From Burkholderiales bacterium (GTDB taxonomy: Bacteria > Pseudomonadota > Gammaproteobacteria > Burkholderiales > Burkholderiaceae_C), in NCBI GenBank assembly GCA_947474755.1, contig CANJJE010000011.1:30983-94982 (forward strand): a DNA stretch of 64,000 nt, written 5' to 3'. Made by a program: the position numbers and the translations under genes. The notes under the pieces were generated by a model, which worked only from the letters and a program-made list of their open reading frames with translations, searched no databases and was not told where the DNA came from. Positions 43,716 through 51,000 of this stretch are shown here, one piece after another; the stretch's first letter is position 1, and each line of letters starts with the position of its first letter.

Positions 43716-44027
43716 GTGAGACCGCACACGCCAGAGGTGCTGGTGTGCCCGCTGTGCGAGCGGATCATTCCGCCTGGGCAGCGCGATGCGCACCACCTCG
43801 TGCCGAAGAGCAAGGGCGGGCAGCAGACAGAGTTCATGCACCGCGTGTGCCACCGGCAGATCCACGCGCTGCTGACCGAGAGCGAACTGGCGCGGCGCTA
43901 CGCGACCGTCGAGGCGCTGCTGGCGCATAGCGAGCTGCAGGCCTTCGTGGCCTGGGTCAAGACCAAGCCCGACGACTTCTTCGTGCGCACGCGCAAGAGC
44001 ACACGCATGCGCAAGGTGCGTCGCTGA
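43716..44027 (+). CDS. small HNH endonuclease-domain protein
   Basis: CPLCERIIPPGQRDAHHLVPKSKGG....HRVCHRQIH (a CxxC ... HH ... H ... H HNH arrangement). GTG start. Confidence 0.75.
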   Translation: MRPHTPEVLVCPLCERIIPPGQRDAHHLVPKSKGGQQTEFMHRVCHRQIHALLTESELARRYATVEALLAHSELQAFVAWVKTKPDDFFVRTRKSTRMRKVRR

Positions 44028-44293
44028 GGTCTGCACAGATCGCCTCGCCGGTATCGGTGGACCAGAGCCCTGCGGCCACCGCTCGGTCGCTGTCAGGCGG
44101 GTCGTGGGCTGCCGGCCAGGCGAATCTGGCGAGCAACCATTCACCAAGAGGCTGCCGACGTTCGCAATGCGCCCGGAGGCGCTCTCGTCGTGGCTGGAGA
44201 GCGTCCTCGAACTTCCCTCGGCAAGGAAGCTTCCGAACGGAGCGGCCCGCGCGGGCCGGGGTGACACGCTGCAAGGCTATTCCTCTGGCCGTG

Positions 44294-44308
44294 TTACGTG
44301 CAGCGTAA
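44294..44308. promoter_or_regulatory. inverted repeat TTACG-N5-CGTAA overlapping a TAATAT -10-like box just upstream of higB (possible HigA operator/promoter)
   Basis: Read directly. TAATAT at 44306-44311 lies only 9 nt before the higB ATG (44321), implying a very short leader if it is used. Confidence 0.25.
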
Positions 44309-44320
44309 TATCATGCACTA

Positions 44321-44599
44321 ATGATTCGGAGCTTTTGCTGCAAAGACACGCAGGCCTTGTTTGAAGGTGGACATCCAAAACGCTTGCGCGCCATCGAGAC
44401 CGTTGCGACCCGCAAGCTGGCAATGCTGGACGCGGCCCAGACGCTGGACTTCATGCGGTCGCCGCCAGGCAATCGGCTTGAAGCGCTCAGGGGTGCCCGG
44501 GCAGGGCAATGGAGCGTTCGTATCAACGATCAGTGGCGGCTGTGCTTCGTGTGGACTGACTCCGGTCCGGACCAGGTCGAGATCGTTGACTATCACTGA
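44321..44599 (+). CDS. higB: HigB-type (RelE/ParE superfamily, plasmid maintenance system killer) toxin
   Basis: 92 aa. The sequence runs MIRSFCCKDTQALFEG, then NRLEALRGARAGQWSVRINDQWRLCFVW, and ends VEIVDYH. This is the canonical HigB pattern, and an HTH antitoxin gene lies 12 nt downstream. Confidence 0.85.
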   Translation: MIRSFCCKDTQALFEGGHPKRLRAIETVATRKLAMLDAAQTLDFMRSPPGNRLEALRGARAGQWSVRINDQWRLCFVWTDSGPDQVEIVDYH

Positions 44600-44611
44600 A
44601 GGAGTGTTGCC

Positions 44612-44920
44612 ATGGGGCGAGTGTTGAACCGAATGCGTGCCGTGCATCCTGGCGAAGTGTTGCGTGAAGAGTATCTGGTGCCATTGAGCCTGAGCGTGAA
44701 CGCGCTCGCCATGGCGCTGGGAGTGCCTGCCACGCGCATTCACGAAATAGTGAAGGAGCGCCGCGGCATCACTGCCGACACGGCCGAACGCTTGGCGCGC
44801 TACTTCGGTGGCGATGCCGCGTCGTGGCTGGCGCTGCAGGCCGACTATGACCTGAAGACCCTGGCCACACGGGACGACATTGCTCGAAAGGTATCGCCGC
44901 GCGAGGCAGCGCCTGCATAG
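44612..44920 (+). CDS. higA: HigA-type antitoxin (XRE-family HTH)
   Basis: HPGEVLREEYLVPLSLSVNALAMALGVPATRIHEIVKERRGITADTAERLARYFG. Confidence 0.85.
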   Translation: MGRVLNRMRAVHPGEVLREEYLVPLSLSVNALAMALGVPATRIHEIVKERRGITADTAERLARYFGGDAASWLALQADYDLKTLATRDDIARKVSPREAAPA

Positions 44921-44941
44921 GTCGCGACTTTGCTGCCGAGC

Positions 44942-45030
44942 TCAGCCTCAAGCCCAGCTCGGCGCGATCACCGGATTCAATGCCGCCGCGTGATTTGCCG
45001 GCAAGGTCGTTTGCCCCGCCGCTGGCGGCG
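44942..45030 (-). repeat. direct repeat R2, copy b (authentic 3' end of the RTX gene)
   Basis: See 41022..41110. Confidence 0.85.
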
Positions 45031-48000
45031 CGAAAGTCGCCATCGCATCGACGAGCTGCTGCACCTGCGACGCCAGCAAGGCCTGCCCGTCGGCGAGCTT
45101 GAAGCTTTCGATGCGATGGCTCGGGCTCGTGTACCAGCCGTTGATCGTCAGCCTGTCGGTCGTGCCGATCACTGACAGCTCCAGGTTGCTGCCGAGGCGG
45201 CGAAGCCAGACCTGGCTTTCTGTGACGACGGCCAGGATGTCGAGGCGGTCGCTTCCACCGGCATCGGTCAAGGTGTCGGCGCCCTGGCCGCGACCCCACA
45301 CATAGATGTCGTTCGATGTCGTCGAGGTGTCGCTCAGCGTGTCAGACCCGAGGCCGCCGATATAGGTGTCGTTACCTTCGCCTCCCGCCAGCACGTTGGC
45401 GCCCGAGTTGCCCGTCAGTGTGTTGCTGAGTGAATTGCCAGTGCCGTTGACCGCCGCAGAGCCCGTCAGCGTCAGGTTCTCGAGATTGGCCCCCAGCGTC
45501 CATGTCACTGCCGATTGGACGGTGTCGGTACCTTCATTGGCCGCCTCGGTCACGACATCGGTGACCACGTCGACAACGAACAGGTCGTTGCCAGCGCCGC
45601 CGACCAGGGTGTCGTTGCCCGCTCCGCCGGTCAGCGTGTCATTGCCGGCGCCGCCGGCGAGCGTGTTGTTCGCGCCGTTGCCTGTGAGAGCGTTGTCGAG
45701 GGCATTGCCGGTGCCATTGATGGCCGCGGTGCCGGTCAATGTGAGCGCCTCGATGTTGTTGCTCAACGTGTAAGTGGCCGTCGACTGCACACTGTCGTAG
45801 CCCTCGTTGGCTGCCTCTGTCAGCACGTCGGTTGTCGCGTCAACCACGTACAGGTCGTTTCCAGCTCCGCCCAGCATCGTGTCGTTGCCTGCTCCGCCGG
45901 TCAGCGTGTCATTGCCGGCGCCGCCGGCGAGCGTGTTGTTCGCGCCGTTGCCTGTGAGGGCGTTGTCGAGGGCATTGCCCGTGCCGTTGATGGCCGCGGA
46001 CCCAGTCAAAGTCAGGTTCTCGAGATGGGCACCCAGCGTCCATGTCACTGCCGATTGGACGGTGTCGGTACCTCCATTGGCCGCCTCGGTCACGACATCG
46101 GTGGCCACGTCGACCCCATAGACGTCGTTGCCAGCTCCACCGATCAGGGTGTCGTTGCCAGCCCCCCCGTTAAGCACGTTGGCGCCCGAGTTGCCCCTCA
46201 ATACGTTGTCCAGAAAGTTACCGGTGCCATTGAGCGCTGCCGACCCCGTGAGGGTGAGGTTCTCGACGTTGCTGGACAGCGCCCATGTCACGGACGACTC
46301 GACGGTGTCAATCCCGCCACCGCTGGACTCTGCAGTGATGTCGTGGACGTTGTCCACCACGTAGGTGTCGTCGCCCGATCCACCGATGAGCGAATCGAAC
46401 GAGCCACCGCCGTCCAAGCGGTTCGCGCCGGAGTTGCCGTGAATGGTGTTGTCTGAAGAATTGCCGGTTGCGTTGATGTTGTTGCTGCCAAGCAAACGGA
46501 GCACCTCGAATTGACCACCCAGTGTCCAGGTGACGGTGGACTCGACCGTATCCCATCCTGCGTTGATGCTTTCGACGAGGACGTCAGCAGCGTTGTCGAC
46601 CCGATAGAAATCGTCGCCAAGGCCGCCCGCCATCGTGTCGGCTCCTGCACCGCCGTCGAGCGTGTCGTTGCCCGCGTTGCCGGAGAGCATGTCGCTACCT
46701 CCCAGGCCATACAGCGCGTCGGCGCCATCGGCTCCCGCGAGCGTATCGGCAGCCGGAGTTCCGACAAAGCGCTGCACAGGACTCGCAGTGACTTCCTGCT
46801 GGATGCGCGTCGCATCCCAGAGCGTTCCATCGGCGAAGCGGACTTGCTGAACCACGCTGTAGTTGCCAGCGCCCGTATTGAAGTAGCCCGTCGCGACGAT
46901 CTTGTCATCGGTCCCGATGATGCTCAGCTGCAAGCCAGCAAGGCCCGAAAACTGTCCGTCGGCCACTCGCCGAGCGACGACGTCTGAAGGCAAGATTCCC
47001 ATCCTGAATTCGATGGTGGCCCAGTGGGTAGGTGAGCTGTAGAAAAACGTCTTGATGACGTCTTGTCCGTCGCCTCTGTTGAAGCAGGCAACGTCTCCCC
47101 CACCAAGATCATTGAGCGTGTCATTGCCGGTGCCGCCGTCGAACGTATCGACTCCATATGACCCACCGAACAGGGCGTCATCACCCGCACCACCTCGAAG
47201 GATTCCCCCCGACCCCCCGAACAAGGTGTCGGCACCGTCACCGCCTTGAAGGGTGTAACCAGCGCTCTTGGCAATCAAGACGTCATTGCCATTGCCGCCA
47301 TCGAGCAGGTCGCCGCCGTACCACGAGATCAAGCGATCGTCTCCCTCACCACCCGTCAGTGTGTCCGAATCGAACATGAAGTCCGCCCCTCTTGGGTAGA
47401 GGGCAACTTGCTGATCCTCGATCACATCGTCGCCGGCGCCACCTTCGAGCACGTCGTTCCAGAACGAGCCCACGACCCGGTTCGCGCCCGCATTACCGAC
47501 CAGGCGCACCCCTTCCACGCCGTAGACGGAGTACGGGTATTTCCAATCGAATTTCCCATTGGCGAATATGTTCTCGACGTTGGCGTAGTTGTCCAACCGA
47601 AACACGGCTCCGCTCGACAGCGCCGAGGGCGCTCCAATGGCAGCGGAGTCGATCACCACCGTATCGGTGCCGCCACCGATGGCCTCGATCACGACGTCGC
47701 CAGCGTCAACAAAGTAGACGTCGTCCCCACCCAACCCCGTGAGGCGGTTGATGGCCGTGTTCTTTGAGGCGCGCAACTCGTTGTTGCGGTCATCACCGGT
47801 GGCGTTCAACGCCGCGCTGCCCAGCAGCTCGATGTTCTCCACCCTGTCCACCAGCGTCAGGGAGATGGCGGACGAGATCAGCGTATCTCGGGTCGAAACG
47901 CTGTCGCTGCCGGTCTCGATGACGACGTCTCCAACCTGGTCGATGCGGTAGTAGGTGTCCTCGGCGCCTCCGATCATCGTGTCGGCGCCTTCTCCACCGT

Positions 48001-51000
48001 CGATCAACACTCCATTGAACAGCGACGCGTCGTACCCGGAGAAAGTGGCCCCAGGACGACCGTTCGTCACATCGATCTGGTTGGCCAATGCGTTGCCAAC
48101 GAACCAGGGTCTCGTGTCCGAGGCCCGGCCGTCGTAGATGCGATCGGCGGCCAGGAACGTTATCGGCCGCAGCTTGTTCGAGGCCGTATCGCGCAGATAG
48201 TCATAGAAAAGGGATCGCACCGCCATGCTGGCGACGATCATGTTTTCGACTTCATCCGGCAACCGAACACGGTACTGGCTGGTCACCAAGGTGTCGATTC
48301 CTTCCCCGGCTCGCTCGATGACCTTGTCCCACGGCAGAGAGTGACCCCACGTCGCGTTGGCATCAGCAAGTACCGAGAGGTTGCCGACGTCGTATAGCGA
48401 TGAGGTTTGGTCCGACCTGACGACATAGACGTCATTGCCCGCGCCACCCGACAACGTGTCGTTGCCTTGCAGGCCGTCCAGAACGTTGTCACCGGCGTTC
48501 CCGTTGATCACATTGCCCAGCGTGTTGCCGATCGCTGCAGCGTTGATGGAGCCAGTCAACGACAGGTTCTCGACATTGACTGGGAGCGTGTACGACACCG
48601 AACTGGTGACGCTGTCGACCCCTGCGTTGGCAGCTTCGCTGATCGAATCGAGCGGGTGGTCCACGACAAAACTGTCATTGCCCGCGGTGCCGGTCTGCGA
48701 GTTCACCGTTCCCTGCGCCGCAACCAGCCGTGCGTTGATATCGGCTGCCAACCATCGCCTGCCGTTCGAGAACTCGATCGCTTCGATGCCACCTGCCGCG
48801 GTGAAGAAGCCCGGTATCCAGATCTCGTCGCTGCCAGCGAGCGAGACGACCAATGCGTCAGCGGCGTACGACGTGCTGAACCACCCGGCAAAGTCAACCG
48901 GGGTGCTCGAGGTACGGACCAACGTCAGTTCTGATTCAAGGATTCCCGGACCCAAGCGAATCACGTCATAGCCCTGGCTCTCGCCGATCACATCCTGGGC
49001 GTCACCGCGGTTGTAAAGGTAGGTGTCATCACCGTCGCCTCCATACAGCAAGTCTCGGCCAGCGCCGCCCGCCAGCTGATCCATGCCTTCTTCGCCCCGA
49101 AGCGTGTCAGCGCCGCTGCCGCCATTCAAGGTGTCGTTGCCGACTCGCCCCGAGAGCGAGTCGTTGCCTGCCGCTCCATTCAAGACGTCGTTACCGATCG
49201 TCCCCAGATAGGTGTCGTCAGCAGCAGTTCCGCCAAAGGTACGGTCAAGGATCGCCTGAACGTTCCAGGTGGTGTTGTCGGCGAAACGGATTTCACGCAG
49301 CGGATTGAGGTGGTTGCCGGGATCGTCATTGAAGAAGAACCGGTTCACCGTCACCCGGTCGCTGGTTCCGGCGATGGAAACTTCCAACGCCCAGTCGCCC
49401 GTGTAGTTGAGGTACGGCACGCGTTTCAGCACAACCTCTGCCGGCGCGACGCCAGCTTTGAACAGCAGCGTGTCTGACGCAGTGCCAGAGCCGCCCGTGT
49501 CGATGATGTCTTGCCCGTCCCCGCGGCCAAACAGGTAGGTGTTGTTGCCCCCATTGCCGAACAGGGAGTCATTGCCCCTGCCGCCATCGAGTGTGTCGTT
49601 TCCGCCACCGCCCTCCAGCACATCGTTGCCACCCTGGCCACGCAGCAGATCGGCAGTCGCGTGACCGTAGATGAAGTCGGCGCCTTCATCTCCATCTCGG
49701 ATGGCGTTGGCGCGCAGTGCCGCCTCATTCCAGGCGGTGCCGTTGGAGAACCGCACCTGCTCGATGGCCGCTTCAGGCGACGACTCGGCAAACCCACGCG
49801 TCACCACCAGTTGCTCTCCCGTGGCGATGTTGCGCACCACGGCGTTGCCGAACACATCGCGCCGCACGCTGATGTCAGCTGGATTGAGGCCTTGCAGTTC
49901 CAGCGTGTCCATCCCCCCCGGCAAGACGCCGAGTTCACTCACGGTGTCATGACCGGAACCCAGCCCCCAGCGGTAGGTGTCGTCGCCAGTACCTCCTTCG
50001 AGGCGATCGTCGCCCGTGCCGCCGTCGAGAGTGTCATTTCCTGCCCCGGCATACAGGCTGTCGTCCCCGCCCAGCCCCAACAGGGTGTTGTCAGTCGCGT
50101 GCCCATAGATGCTGTCGGCACCCGCGCTGCCCGTCATGGAGGTGTTCGCCCGGATGGCCGTGTCGTCCCAGACCGTACCCTCGGCAAAGCGAAGGCTCTC
50201 GATACGACCGGAAGTGTTGCCTTCCGAGAAGCCGATTGACACCTTGAGTGTTTCGCCCGTACTCAGAATCTGGATCAGCATGTCGCTGCTGGAAGTGCGC
50301 GTGATGCGCACATCGGCCGGGGCAAGGCCCTGTAGTTCGATGACGTCGTTGCCAGACTCCTCAACGATGAAGTCGTTGCCGTTGGCCGCGCGCCAGCGAT
50401 AGACGTCATCGCCGGCTCCGCCTCGCATGTCGTCGGCTCCGGCGCCTCCGTCGAGCGTGTCGTTCCCGACACCGCTCCCCAGGGTGTCAGCGCCTTCGCC
50501 GCCGCTCAAGAGGTTGTCCCCTTCAGCGCCGGAAAGCGAGTCGTTTCCGACACCGCCGTCGAGGATGTCGTTGCCTCCGCCGCCATTCAGCCAGTCGTTG
50601 CCATCGCCGCCGGCGATCAGATCGTTGCCGTCATGGCCGACCAGGCTGTTGCCCGCGCCGTCACCCAGCAGGATGTCGGCACCATTGGTGCCCGCTGCAT
50701 TTCCCCAGCCCACACCCAGCGATGAAAGATAGGCGCGAACCGGTGAACTGATCGGCATGGCATCGACCCAGGTGCGCAGCCGGTTCAGCCCGTCGAAGCC
50801 CGTGGCCTGGAGGGTCGGCGACGCGCAGAGAAGCAACTCAACCAGGTCAATCGCAGCCTCGCGCTCGTTGGCAACCTTGCGCGTGTCCAGCAATGAGGCC
50901 AGCGCGCTGGTGTCCAGGCGCGCCCCGCTGGCATCGACCACCAACTCGATGCCAGCCAGATAAGGCTTCAGCCTCGTCTGTGTCACCAGCGAGAGATACA

